DNA of 64,000 nucleotides from Rubrobacter sp. (GCA_035641035.1 DASQVA010000033.1:737-64736); one strand, 5' to 3'; shown: positions 41,239 to 51,423, counted from the stretch's first letter. Numbers and translations: made by a program. The notes: generated from the sequence alone by a model not told the origin.

Positions 41239-44025
41239 ATGGGCGAGTACGCCGACCTGCCGCCCGGAATTGGCTTCGAGCCGAAGGACGAGCCACTTCG
41301 GAGGGACATCAACCTCCTCGGCCGGGTCCTCGGTCAGGTCCTTCTGGAGCAGGAGGGCAAGGTTCTCTTCGACGCCGAAGAGAAGATACGGCTCTTGTGC
41401 AAGCGGCTCCGCTTCGACTATGACTCCACGCTAGAGGAGCGGCTCAAACGGCGAATCGAGGCTTCAAGCCCCCAAGAACTCCAGAGAATCGTGCGGGCGT
41501 TCTCGGTGTACTTTCAGCTCGTCAACATCGCCGAGCGCTACCACAGGGTCCGACGTCGGCGGCAGTACGAGTCCTCACCCAGTAATCCGCCGCAGCGCGC
41601 CTCCGTCGCGAGCGCGATCGCCCGCCTCAAAGAGGAAGGTGTGGGGACGGCAGCACTTCAGAGGGTATTGGATGGTATCCGCGTTGGTCTGGTGCTCACC
41701 GCCCACCCGACGGAGGTCCTGCGGCGGAGCGTGCGGCGCAAGCACGTGAGGATCGGGGAGATGCTGGAAAATCTGGAGTTTCCCACTCTCACGTGGAAAG
41801 AGCGCCGGTGGGTGGAGGAGGAGCTGGCGGAGGAGATCACCGCTCTCTGGCAGACCGACGAGCTCAGGGTTCGTCGGCCGGAGGTCAACCAAGAGATAGA
41901 GCGCACCCTGCTCTTCTTCGAGAACCCCTTGATCTCGGCCACCCTCGAAGTGTACCGAGAGTTTGAGGACGAGCTATCCCGCCAGTTCCCCGAGAGCACC
42001 CCGAGTCTCGGCCGTGTGTTGGAGTTCGGTTCTTGGGTCGGGGGGGATCAGGACGGCAACCCCTTCGTAGAGCCGGGGATGATCAACACCGCCCTAGGGC
42101 TGCACCGCGAGGTTATCTTGAAGCGGCACCTGAGCTCCGTGCTGTGGCTGGTAGATCATCTGAGCGTCTCTGCGAGGATGGTCCCGGTCTCGGGAGAACT
42201 GCGCCGCTCGGTCGAAGACGACGAGGAGCTTATGCCCGAGGTGGCCGGACGCCACCGTACGGTGGCCCCGAACGAGCTCTACCGCCGTAAGCTGCTCCTC
42301 GTCGCCGAACGCCTGCGACGCACCCTGGCGGAGCCGCACTCTTCCACCGCCTACGTGGGCGCTGCGGACTTTGTCCGGGATCTGTCAGTCATTCGTGATA
42401 GCCTACTCGAGCACGACGGGGCACGGATAGCCAACGGCGGTCTGCGCGACCTGATCCGGCAGGCCGAGGTCTTCGGCTTTCACCTGGCAAAGCTGGACGT
42501 TCGCCAGGAGAGCTCCATGATAGTGCGAACGGTCTCGCAGCTCGTGGCCGCGAATGCGGGGGAAGACTTGCAGAACATGGAGGAGGCCGGACGCGCCTCC
42601 CTCTTGCGGAAGCTCCTAGCCGCGCCCGACCCCCTGCCTGTCGTCCCGGCGGGACTCTCCGAAGAGTCCCGTCGGGCGCTGGAGACCTTCGAGGGCATCC
42701 GGCGGTCCAACGAGGACTTCTCGGAGCCGCCGGTCGAGACGTTCGTGCTGAGCATGACCCACCACGCGAGCGACGTCCTCAGCGTGCAGCTTCTGGCACG
42801 GCGCGCCGGGTTGCTGGAGGTGGATGAGGGCGGCCGGTGTACGGAGAACTACCTCAAGATCACGCCACTCTTCGAGACCGTGGACGACCTCGAGCGAGCG
42901 CCCGCGGTGCTGCGCCACTTGCTGGAGGACCCTTTCTACCGCTCGTCGCTCTCGCAGAGTGGCAACTTGCAAGAGATCATGCTCGGCTACAGCGACTCCG
43001 GCAAGGACGCCGGCTACATCACGAGCACCTGGTCCCTTTATAAAGCCCAGGGTCAGCTCTCCTCAGTAGCCCGCGAATACGGCGTGAAGTTGCGGCTCTT
43101 TCACGGACGTGGGGGGAGCGCCGGGCGCGGCGGCGGTCCGAGCTACCAGGCGATCATAGCCCAGCCGGCAAACACCCTAAACGGCAGCATTCGTATCACC
43201 GAGCAGGGCGAGGTCATCTCCTTCAAATACAGCGTGCGCGACCTGGCCCGCCGCAACCTAGATACCGTCGTGGCAGCCGTGCTCGAAGCGAGCGTCGGCG
43301 ACTCCCCCCGCGAACCCGAACCCCGCTGGGTGGAAGTGTTGGAGGATTTGTCCGCAAAGGCGCGCGAAGTCTACCGGGATCTGGTCTACGAGGACTTAGG
43401 TTTCCCGATATTCTTCGCCGAAGCGTCCCCCATCGGAGAACTCGATTTGCTCAACATGGGTAGCCGCCCGGCGCGCCGGGTGCAGAACCCCTCGGTCGTG
43501 AGCCTGCGGGCCATCCCGTGGGTCTTCGCCTGGACCCAGAACCGTTTACTGCTCCCGTCTTGGTACGGCGCCGGTAGCGCGTTTTGCGCCTATACGAATA
43601 CAGTCGAGGGTATAAAGGTACTGCACGAGATGTACGAAGGGTGGCCGTTCTTCCGAACGCTCGTGGATTTCATGCAGATGACCCTGGCCAAGAGCGACCT
43701 ACGGATAGCAGAGACCTACACGGCTCTGGTCTCGGACCCCCGGAACCGGGAGCGGCTGTGGACCAGGATCTCCGACGAGCACGCCTCCTCCGCCGAGGCC
43801 GTGCTCCGCATCACCGGAAACCGGGAACTCCTGGACGACAGCCCCGTACTCCAGAGATCGATACGCCTCCGCAATCCCTACGTGGACCCGCTCTCCTATA
43901 TCCAGGTTAGCCTGCTGCGTCGGCTCCGCGCACTCCCGGAAGAGTCCCCGGACCGGGAGACCGTACTCAACACCTTGCTCCTGACCATCTCCGGCGTCTC
44001 CTCGGGGATGCTGAACACGGGCTGA
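41239..44025 (+). CDS. ppc: Phosphoenolpyruvate carboxylase (bacterial type)
   Basis: 'VLTAHPTE', 'LDVRQES', 'MLGYSDSGKD', 'FHGRGG', 'LRAIPW', C-terminal NTG; ATG 41239 with GGAG SD. Confidence 0.96.
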   Translation: MGEYADLPPGIGFEPKDEPLRRDINLLGRVLGQVLLEQEGKVLFDAEEKIRLLCKRLRFDYDSTLEERLKRRIEASSPQELQRIVRAFSVYFQLVNIAERYHRVRRRRQYESSPSNPPQRASVASAIARLKEEGVGTAALQRVLDGIRVGLVLTAHPTEVLRRSVRRKHVRIGEMLENLEFPTLTWKERRWVEEELAEEITALWQTDELRVRRPEVNQEIERTLLFFENPLISATLEVYREFEDELSRQFPESTPSLGRVLEFGSWVGGDQDGNPFVEPGMINTALGLHREVILKRHLSSVLWLVDHLSVSARMVPVSGELRRSVEDDEELMPEVAGRHRTVAPNELYRRKLLLVAERLRRTLAEPHSSTAYVGAADFVRDLSVIRDSLLEHDGARIANGGLRDLIRQAEVFGFHLAKLDVRQESSMIVRTVSQLVAANAGEDLQNMEEAGRASLLRKLLAAPDPLPVVPAGLSEESRRALETFEGIRRSNEDFSEPPVETFVLSMTHHASDVLSVQLLARRAGLLEVDEGGRCTENYLKITPLFETVDDLERAPAVLRHLLEDPFYRSSLSQSGNLQEIMLGYSDSGKDAGYITSTWSLYKAQGQLSSVAREYGVKLRLFHGRGGSAGRGGGPSYQAIIAQPANTLNGSIRITEQGEVISFKYSVRDLARRNLDTVVAAVLEASVGDSPREPEPRWVEVLEDLSAKAREVYRDLVYEDLGFPIFFAEASPIGELDLLNMGSRPARRVQNPSVVSLRAIPWVFAWTQNRLLLPSWYGAGSAFCAYTNTVEGIKVLHEMYEGWPFFRTLVDFMQMTLAKSDLRIAETYTALVSDPRNRERLWTRISDEHASSAEAVLRITGNRELLDDSPVLQRSIRLRNPYVDPLSYIQVSLLRRLRALPEESPDRETVLNTLLLTISGVSSGMLNTG

Positions 44026-44412
44026 GCGGGCGAAACGGAAACCCTAGACGCCTTCAGCTAATTTCAGCCACAGGAACCCGGCTTCGGTGGGCCGAGTATC
44101 GTTGCGATGACCGCCTGGCGCCAGCCCCACCCGGGGGGTGTTCGACGAGCCAACCGGAGCTACCCAAAGCAACTGGGAAACATGACCAAACGGCACACGT
44201 ATACTGGCACGGCCCGAGGCGCTGCCTCAGATACGCAGAGGCCGTCGTTTTCAAGAAAAACGCGTAACCTGTCAGGTGGTTTAGCTTAGCCGTAGACACG
44301 GCCCCGGGGCTCGACGTCCCGAATATATCCCTGAATCTACGACGGACCCCGTTCCCAGCCGGACCCTCTTTAATGAAGATCCTGCTGAGATGGCCCTGCC
44401 CCTCGAAGAGTA

Positions 44413-44682
44413 GCGCAATGGTAGCGGCGCGCAGACGGCCCTGGTATCTAGCGCCGATGGGTCCACCGAACTTGGTGAGGCAGAGGGAGACAAGAGCCTG
44501 AACCTTCTGCATCCCAACTCTAGTTCCGAAGGGGTCTGGGAGCGGGTTCTTGGGGAGGTAGATGGAGAGATAGACGTCTGCAGCTTGCGCGAGTGGTTCG
44601 AGGGAATCTTAACCTCTGACCTAGAGGCAACATGCTGAGCGTTATGGTCCGAGCAGATGAAGACGAGACTAACGCTGCTTGA
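44413..44682 (+). pseudogene. Decayed remnant containing a DnaA N-terminal-domain-like segment
   Basis: 'EGVWERVLGEVDGEIDVCSLREWFEGILTSDLE', then a frameshift to 'GNMLSVMV'; bounded by stops, no start codon. Confidence 0.45.
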
Positions 44683-44843
44683 CTGGATCGAAGTCCCTCC
44701 GCTCGGGGTGGCCCCACACTGCTGCGAACAAGTCGTTCACCTTGTCAGAACCCAACGCTCGGCTAACGCGATAGAGCACGCCCCTCTCGTCTTCTCGTCA
44801 CGGCGCTTTCCGCCCAGGGAGGGATAACCCCTACCGGAGCGCC

Positions 44844-45830
44844 TCACGCGAAGATCTCGCCCCGAGGCAGGAAAAGCCGCCTGTAGGTCGCCAGAGCGTA
44901 GCGGTCGGTCATACCCGCTACGAAGTCTACGGTCTCGGTGACGGGGTTCGGGTCCCTTGCCGCCCACTCTTCGGGATGCTCAAGATAGTACTGGAAGAGC
45001 GCCGCGACTACGCTCGCCGCCTTCTGGTTCTCCAGCGAACCCGAATCGCGGTACACGTTGCGAAAGAGCCACGTCCTGAGACCCATGAGCGCCTCGTAGA
45101 TCCCATCGGAGAGAGATATCTCACCCTTTTTCTTAGAGGTAGAGATCATGTCACGAACCAGCGTGTCTATCCTGACGCTCATCTTTTCGCCGAGCACGGA
45201 GAGCGGTCCGGCCGGAAGGTCATCCCGGGAGATGATCCCGGCCCGCAGAGCGTCGTCCATGTCGTGGTTGACGTACGCGATCCGGTCTGCGACCCGCACG
45301 ATCTCTCCCTCACGCGTAGAGGGATAACCCTTTCCCGTATGGTTACGTATACCATCTCTAACCTCTAACGTCAGATTTAGACCGTCCCCTTCCTTCTCAA
45401 GGTGGTCCACGACGCGCAGGGAGTGTTCATTGTGACGAAAGACGCGGCCGTGGGCTGCGAGGACGCGGGAGAGGGCCTCTTCACCGGTGTGCCCGAACGG
45501 GGTATGGCCGAGGTCGTGGCCGAGGGCTATAGCTTCGGCTAAGTCCTCGTTGAGGTCGAGGGCGCGGGCTATGGTGCGTGAGACCTGCATCATCTCTAGC
45601 GTGTGCGTCAGCCGGGTGCGAAAGTGGTCGCCGTCGGGGGCGATAAAGACCTGGGTCTTGTGCATGAGCCGACGAAAAGCCTTGGCGTGGATTATGCGGT
45701 CCCTATCGCGCTGGAAGTCGTTTCGGACCCCATCGGGTGGTTCTGGTCTCGGGCGTCCCACGCTCTGCTCGACGGCCCATTTTATGGGAGGTTGTCGCGC
45801 GGCCTGGGCGTGTACTGGATCATCGCTCAT
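44844..45830 (-). CDS. dgt: Deoxyguanosinetriphosphate triphosphohydrolase-like protein
   Basis: 'FQRDRDRI', 'KTQVF', 'RTRLTH', 'HDLGHTPFGH', 'AGMTD'. Confidence 0.95.
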   Translation of the reverse strand: MSDDPVHAQAARQPPIKWAVEQSVGRPRPEPPDGVRNDFQRDRDRIIHAKAFRRLMHKTQVFIAPDGDHFRTRLTHTLEMMQVSRTIARALDLNEDLAEAIALGHDLGHTPFGHTGEEALSRVLAAHGRVFRHNEHSLRVVDHLEKEGDGLNLTLEVRDGIRNHTGKGYPSTREGEIVRVADRIAYVNHDMDDALRAGIISRDDLPAGPLSVLGEKMSVRIDTLVRDMISTSKKKGEISLSDGIYEALMGLRTWLFRNVYRDSGSLENQKAASVVAALFQYYLEHPEEWAARDPNPVTETVDFVAGMTDRYALATYRRLFLPRGEIFA

Positions 45831-46576
45831 GCTTGGCGGGCGCCGGTGAGGTGGGGACCGGTGAAGGTGTTGCCGGGGGCGTGGGCGAGTACGTGCGAAC
45901 GGACGACCCGCAGCACGCTCTCGCCGAGCCTGCTCTGGGCGGGAGCTTCCCGGATGGGGCCTTCGATCAGGGTCCTCAGCCGTCCCAGCGTGTCCGGGGC
46001 CAGCGGGAAGGCGTCACCGGTCATCGACCGACACTCGGCGCACAGCACACCACCCAGGTGCGGGGCGAAGTGCAACGGCTTGGCCGCCTCATCGAGATCG
46101 GCCTCGCAGCCCAGGCAGGCGTTCAGCTGGGGTGCGTAGCCAGCGAGGATGGAGAGCTTCAGGCCGAGGGCGGCCTCGACAGCCTCGAAGCCGGTCCCGG
46201 CTCCCTCTAGCGCGTCGAGACCGTTGTATAAGAGGTTGAAGACGCGGCGGTCGGCCTCGTCGCCTCCGGAGAGGGCGCGCACGCTCCCGACCATACCGGC
46301 AGCGGCCTCGAAGCGAGCGAGGTCCTCGCGGATGCCGTGGAAGCTCCTCAGCGTCTCCGCCTGGGTCAGGGTGTCGAGCGTGCGGCCCTGGTAGGCGAGG
46401 AAGTCCACGCAGGAGAGCGGTTCGAGGCGGGCGCCAAAGCGGGACTTCGTGCGACGTATACCCTTCACGATAGCCGAGACGAGCCCGGCGTCGCGGGTGT
46501 AGAGGTCCAAGATGCGATCCGCCTCGCCGTAGCGGATCGAGCGGAGCACGATCCCCTTACTCTTGTAGGCCGCCAC
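45827..46576 (-). CDS. recO: DNA repair protein RecO
   Basis: 'GIVLRS..YGEADRI', 'SRFGARLEP', CxxC...CxxC. Confidence 0.95.
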   Translation of the reverse strand: MAAYKSKGIVLRSIRYGEADRILDLYTRDAGLVSAIVKGIRRTKSRFGARLEPLSCVDFLAYQGRTLDTLTQAETLRSFHGIREDLARFEAAAGMVGSVRALSGGDEADRRVFNLLYNGLDALEGAGTGFEAVEAALGLKLSILAGYAPQLNACLGCEADLDEAAKPLHFAPHLGGVLCAECRSMTGDAFPLAPDTLGRLRTLIEGPIREAPAQSRLGESVLRVVRSHVLAHAPGNTFTGPHLTGARQA

Positions 46577-47264
46577 CCTCGGCCTCCTCTATCACCGCGA
46601 CGCTAGCGCTCATGCCGAGCCGCGAAGCCCCGGCGTTCAGGATGTCCAGCGCGTTCTCCAGCGTACGGATGCCCCCAGAAGCTTTTACGGCCAAGGCTTC
46701 CGGTGCCTCCTCACGCAGCATAGCCACGTCCTCGGGTGTGGCACCGCCCGGGCCGAAGCCGGTTGAGGTCTTTACAAAGTCCGCGCCGCTCGAGGCCACG
46801 ATCTGGGTCGCCAGCCGCTTCATCTTGTTCGAGAGGCACGCCGTCTCGATAATGACTTTCACCACCACGTCGTTCAGGCCGTTGTTCATGGCGACGACGC
46901 TGACCTCCTGGGTCAGGCTGGTGAGCTCGTCGGCGACGTAGTCGAAGTCTCCAGAGAGGAATCTCGAAATGTTCATGACCACGTCAAGCTCTGAGGCACC
47001 CTTGGTAACGGCATCCCTGACTGCTGCGATCTTCACGGCTGCGGCGTCGGCCCCGAACGGGAACGAGACCACGGTTGCCACCTTCACGTCCGCCCCGCGC
47101 AACGCCTTCGCGGCCAGCGGAACGTAGCAGGGCGGGATGCACACCGCGGCGAAGTGGTAGCGGGCCGCCTCCTGGCACAACCGCACTATCTCCTGCCTCG
47201 TCGCGTCCGGCTTCAGAAGGGTGTGGTCCACAGTCTTCGCGAACTCACGCACCCTCATCGCCAA
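46557..47264 (-). CDS. deoC: Deoxyribose-phosphate aldolase
   Basis: 'DHTLLKP', 'KVIIET', 'FVKTSTGF', 'KASGGIR'. Confidence 0.96.
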   Translation of the reverse strand: MAMRVREFAKTVDHTLLKPDATRQEIVRLCQEAARYHFAAVCIPPCYVPLAAKALRGADVKVATVVSFPFGADAAAVKIAAVRDAVTKGASELDVVMNISRFLSGDFDYVADELTSLTQEVSVVAMNNGLNDVVVKVIIETACLSNKMKRLATQIVASSGADFVKTSTGFGPGGATPEDVAMLREEAPEALAVKASGGIRTLENALDILNAGASRLGMSASVAVIEEAEGGGLQE

Positions 47265-47301
47265 CGCCGCACTCCTCTATCGACTCCACAACGCAAGGTG
47301 A

Positions 47302-48225
47302 TTATAAACCCAACCGCTCCAGGAACGTCCTGTCGCTCCTCCATCCCTGGCTAACCTTTACTTTCAGGTCGAGGTAGATTCGAGTGCCGAGCAGGCGTTC
47401 CACGTCGCGGCGGGCTTCCGTGCCGATCTGCTTTATGGTCTTGCCGCCTTTACCGAGGACTATCATGCGCTGGGTGGCGCGCTCGACGTGGATTATCGCG
47501 TAGACGATCGTCACGTTCTCCTTGCGCTCCACATCCTCGATCTCCACAGCCACCGCGTGCGGCACCTCCTCGCGGAGCACGTTCAGCGCCTTCTCGCGAA
47601 CGTATTCGCCCAAGATCAACGACTCCGGGTAGTCTGTGATCGTCCCTTCCGGGAAGTAGCGGGGACCGGTGGGCAGTAACTGTACAACCGACTCCAGCAA
47701 GGGCTCGACGTTTGTCCCGGCCGTCGCGCTGATCGGGAAGATCTCGCGCCAGTCACCGAGGGCCGCTACCGCCTCGACTATCGGCAGCGCCTGCGCGGGG
47801 CTGGGCAGCAGGTCGATCTTGTTGATGCAGAGGATTGCTGGCGTGCCAGACTCGGCCACGAGGCGGGCGACGTAGCGGTCGCCGGTCCCTACCTCCTCGG
47901 CGGCCTGCGGCGCGTTGAGCAGGTGCAAGATGGCGTCGGACTCGGTGAGGCTGGCCACGACCTGCTCCTGCATCCGGGTGCGCAAGGCATCCCTGGGTTT
48001 CTGAGAGCCAGGGGTGTCCACGAAGATCACCTGGTAGCCGGGCCCGTTGCGAGCGCCGCGGATGGGGCTTCGGGTCGTTTGCGGACGGGGAGAGGTGATC
48101 GAGACCTTCTGGCCTACCAGCCGGTTTACCAGCGTGCTCTTACCCACGTTAGGCCGCCCGACAACCGCGACGAAGCCACTCTTGAGGCCGTTCTTTTCCG
48201 CGCCGACGATCAACTCCGCCTTCAC
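47302..48225 (-). CDS. era: GTPase Era
   Basis: 'GRPNVGKST', 'QTTR', 'DTPG', 'NKID', KH domain. Confidence 0.97.
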   Translation of the reverse strand: MKAELIVGAEKNGLKSGFVAVVGRPNVGKSTLVNRLVGQKVSITSPRPQTTRSPIRGARNGPGYQVIFVDTPGSQKPRDALRTRMQEQVVASLTESDAILHLLNAPQAAEEVGTGDRYVARLVAESGTPAILCINKIDLLPSPAQALPIVEAVAALGDWREIFPISATAGTNVEPLLESVVQLLPTGPRYFPEGTITDYPESLILGEYVREKALNVLREEVPHAVAVEIEDVERKENVTIVYAIIHVERATQRMIVLGKGGKTIKQIGTEARRDVERLLGTRIYLDLKVKVSQGWRSDRTFLERLGL

Positions 48226-48611
48226 AGGACCTCCGGCCCGAAGGAGTTCGGCAGGATCTCCTCAAAGGGGTAGCGGCGCAGCCCCAACCCGTCCTCGACG
48301 ACGACCTCCTTACACCCGAACTCGCGCAGGAACTGGCGGCAAGCCCCGCAGGGGAAGCACGGTGCGGCGCTCGGGCTGAAGACGGCGACCATCTGTATCT
48401 GCCGGTCCTCAGGATCGGAGGAGACCATCGTTGCTGCGGCGTTGCGCTCGGCGCAGATGGAGAGTCCGTAGGAGGCGTTCTCGACGTTGCAGCCCACATG
48501 GACCGCCCCTCCTGTGGTTACGATGGCAGCGCCGACCAGGAAGTTACTGTAGGGCGCGTAGGCTCGCCCCGAGGCGACGCGCGCGGCGTCCATGACGATT
48601 TCGAGGTTCAA
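48222..48611 (-). CDS. cdd: Cytidine deaminase
   Basis: 'AYAPYSNF', 'CAER', 'PCGACRQ'. Confidence 0.96.
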   Translation of the reverse strand: MNLEIVMDAARVASGRAYAPYSNFLVGAAIVTTGGAVHVGCNVENASYGLSICAERNAAATMVSSDPEDRQIQMVAVFSPSAAPCFPCGACRQFLREFGCKEVVVEDGLGLRRYPFEEILPNSFGPEVL

Positions 48612-48621
48612 ACCTTCTTCC

Positions 48622-49365
48622 TCACAAGAGTTGGAAGGCGGCCGTGGCCACGAGGACCCCGATCACGGCCCCCATGGCCACCTGGTAGACGGTGTGGATG
48701 CCGCTCTCGACGCGGCTCTGGCAGACCAGCAGGGCCATGAGCAGCGAGATCACCGATACGAGACCGGCGTAGTGCCCGGCCCCGCCGTCGACGGCCATGA
48801 AGCTGACGGCGACCCACGCGGCGAAGGCGACCGCCGCGTGCCCTGAAGGCATCCCTCCGGCGAAGGCGTTCGGCGAGCGCGTTACCGCTTTGACGAAGAG
48901 CACTATCAAGACGACCAAGACCAGCGAGACGAGCGTGAGGTGGCCCGGAGAGCGGCGTATGCTCTCCAGGGTCTCCAGGGAGAGCGGGCCGAGGTTATCC
49001 GCCAATACCAAATATCCCACCAGCCCCGCCCCGACGCTCGAGACGAGGACCGCGCCCGCAGAGACGTCCTTCGCCAGCTCAGCAAGGGGATGGTACTCGC
49101 TGGTGACCAAATCCACCACGAACTCCATTGCCGTGTTGAACATCTCGGTGACGAAGACGAGGAGTATGGTCAAGACCAAGAGCGCGAGCTCGAGCTTGCT
49201 CACCCCAACTAGCAAACTCGCCACCAGCACCAGCACGGCTGCGACGACGTGGAATCGCATGTTGCGCTGCGTTCGGACCGCCGAGATCATGCCGTGATAG
49301 GCGTGTTCGAAGCTGCGTCCCACGCCCTGCTGACCCTTGCTGGGACGCCTAACCTTCTTCGCCAC
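48622..49365 (-). CDS. DgkA-family (undecaprenol/DAG) kinase fused to a PAP2 phosphatase domain
   Basis: 'QRNMRFH', 'EMFNTAME', 'AKDVSAGAV', then 'GGMPSGH', 'SRVESGIH'. Confidence 0.9.
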   Translation of the reverse strand: MAKKVRRPSKGQQGVGRSFEHAYHGMISAVRTQRNMRFHVVAAVLVLVASLLVGVSKLELALLVLTILLVFVTEMFNTAMEFVVDLVTSEYHPLAELAKDVSAGAVLVSSVGAGLVGYLVLADNLGPLSLETLESIRRSPGHLTLVSLVLVVLIVLFVKAVTRSPNAFAGGMPSGHAAVAFAAWVAVSFMAVDGGAGHYAGLVSVISLLMALLVCQSRVESGIHTVYQVAMGAVIGVLVATAAFQLL

Positions 49366-49765
49366 GCAACTCCTCCATTACGGCCTCCTGGAGTCGGGCC
49401 ATCTCGCTGCCCTCAAAGTCCTCCCCATGATCCATACCGCTCAAGTGTAGCGCGCCGTGCACCACCAACTCCTCGACACCCATATCGAGGCTCACGCACG
49501 CTGGACATACCACCACCTCCCCAGCTATCTCGCCGTAGAGTCCGTCCAACTCGAAGCTGAGCACGTCGGTCGGCTCATTTTTACTCCTGAACCGTGCGTT
49601 CAGATCCCGCATGGTCTCCGCGTCGACGAGTGCCACTGACACCTCACCAACGCGTTCGAGATCGACGCCCCTGCGGGAGAGGGCCGCCACAAAGAGCCGG
49701 GTCGCGCGAGTCTCCTCGACCCCGGCGTAACCCACCTTGTCCAGGAGCGCGACGGCGAAGGGCAC
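49349..49765 (-). CDS. ybeY: rRNA maturation RNase YbeY
   Basis: 'LNARFR...PTDVLSF', 'HGALHLSGMDH'. Confidence 0.93.
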   Translation of the reverse strand: MPFAVALLDKVGYAGVEETRATRLFVAALSRRGVDLERVGEVSVALVDAETMRDLNARFRSKNEPTDVLSFELDGLYGEIAGEVVVCPACVSLDMGVEELVVHGALHLSGMDHGEDFEGSEMARLQEAVMEELRGEEG

Positions 49766-49779
49766 AGGAGATCGGTCGC

Positions 49780-51393
49780 TCAGGAGGTGGCGTCCCCCCC
49801 CTCCCTGCTGACTGCTTTGGCCGCGGTTTTGGCGTTGGTAGCCTCTGCTGGGGCGTCAGGGTACTCGACGCGTGGTCCGAGAAAGCCGATGAGCGCCTCC
49901 CGGATGGCCTCACCTGAGTCGTGAATGTCGTGCATGGTCAGCTCGCACTCGTCGAACTGGCCGTCCTGTAGCTTTCTCCTGACGGTGTCAGCGACCACGT
50001 CCTCGATGCGTTTGGGGGTGGGTTTGGTCAAGGACTTGACGGTCGCCTCGATGGAGTCGGCGAGCATCATGATGCCGGCCTCCTTGGAGCGTGGCAGTCC
50101 GCTCGAGTACCGGAAGTCCGACTCGCGGACTGCCGAAGGATCGAGAGCTTTTTCGACGGCCTTGCGGTAGAAGTACTCGATGCGCGTGGAGCCATGGTGC
50201 TGGGCGATTATGTCCAGGATCTCTTGCGGCAGCCCCCAGGCGCTGCCTATCTCCAGACCCTCTTTTACGTGGCGCTTGATCACCTTGGCCGACAGCGTAG
50301 GCGAGAGCGCGGCGTGCGGATTTATCTGTGCAATCTGGTTCTCCACGAAGTAGGCTGGGTGCTCCATCTTGCCGATGTCGTGGTAGTAGGCGCCTACCTG
50401 GGCGAGCAGCGCGTTCGCCCCGATTCTCTCTGCCGCCCTCTCCGCGAGGAGGCCGACCTGCATGGAGTGGGAGAAGGTACCTGGGGCGCGGCGCAAAAGC
50501 TTGTCGAGCAGGGGATGGCGGGGGTCGGAGAGCTCTAGAAGCTTCATCGGTGTCAGTATGTTGAACGCATCCTCCAAAAGTGGCAACAGCAGCGTCGCGA
50601 GCATCAACGAGAGGAGGCCGTTCCCGAGGCCCAGGATACCCTGCCAGGACGCGTCTTGAAAGTCTCCACCCCCGACCAGGCCAACCGCGAAAGTTACGAT
50701 GCCCATTACGACAGCGATAAAAAGACCTGCTTTCAGAAGCCGCTGCCGCGAGTCCACCCTAACTGCGGAGTAGATCGCGAACCCCGAGCCGAGGAGGAGC
50801 GCCGCGGTAAGGAGAAAGTCGTTGCCGCTCATAATCCCGACGTTGATGCTGGTGATCACCACCATGAGGAACATAAGCCTCGGTCCGAGCAACATCGTCC
50901 CGATGATGGAGAGGCCGGCCAGCGGCGTCAGAAAAGGGTTGAAGGAGAGCTCTATAAAAAACCGGGCGAGCGCCGTAAACATCACTGTCAGGGAAGCCGC
51001 GAGGACCACCCGAATCGCCATGTTGGTCTTGAGTATGCGGCGCCCAAAGCGCTCCAGAAAGTACCAGGTCACCCCCATCTCAGCCGCGACGACGATGCCA
51101 ACGCCCAACAACACGGTCCAGGGGTTCGGGTCCTGTATCAGGACCTCGAGCCGTTTAAGATCCCCGCTCTCGATGATGCCCTGTGCGACGGTTCGCTCGA
51201 TTGGAAGCCGCGTGCCTAGGCCTATGAGGGCAGTGAGTGCAAGCCAGGTCAAGGCAGTGAGCGCGACGTAGAGCCGGCTCTCGGGAAAGCCCTGGATTCG
51301 GGCCCGAAAGCTCTCGAACCACGTCGGGGAGCGGTGGAGCTCGTCCACTTTCTTGCCGAGGGCTCTCTGTCGGATCTGCTGTCCGGACTTCAT
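49780..51393 (-). CDS. 7TM-HD phosphohydrolase (PgpH-like), short form
   Basis: Multi-TM region, 'APGTFSHS', 'YYHDIGK', 'QHHG', 'MLAD'; phoH-HD-ybeY synteny. Confidence 0.9.
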   Translation of the reverse strand: MKSGQQIRQRALGKKVDELHRSPTWFESFRARIQGFPESRLYVALTALTWLALTALIGLGTRLPIERTVAQGIIESGDLKRLEVLIQDPNPWTVLLGVGIVVAAEMGVTWYFLERFGRRILKTNMAIRVVLAASLTVMFTALARFFIELSFNPFLTPLAGLSIIGTMLLGPRLMFLMVVITSINVGIMSGNDFLLTAALLLGSGFAIYSAVRVDSRQRLLKAGLFIAVVMGIVTFAVGLVGGGDFQDASWQGILGLGNGLLSLMLATLLLPLLEDAFNILTPMKLLELSDPRHPLLDKLLRRAPGTFSHSMQVGLLAERAAERIGANALLAQVGAYYHDIGKMEHPAYFVENQIAQINPHAALSPTLSAKVIKRHVKEGLEIGSAWGLPQEILDIIAQHHGSTRIEYFYRKAVEKALDPSAVRESDFRYSSGLPRSKEAGIMMLADSIEATVKSLTKPTPKRIEDVVADTVRRKLQDGQFDECELTMHDIHDSGEAIREALIGFLGPRVEYPDAPAEATNAKTAAKAVSREGGDATS

Positions 51394-51423
51394 GGTCGAA
51401 CCGAAGCCGGCTTGCCCGGCGTC

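Noticed and set aside
44054-44512. 152-aa minus-strand ORF in the ppc-dgt gap
   Set aside because: No SD, atypical composition, no motif; the plus-strand remnant explains the region better.
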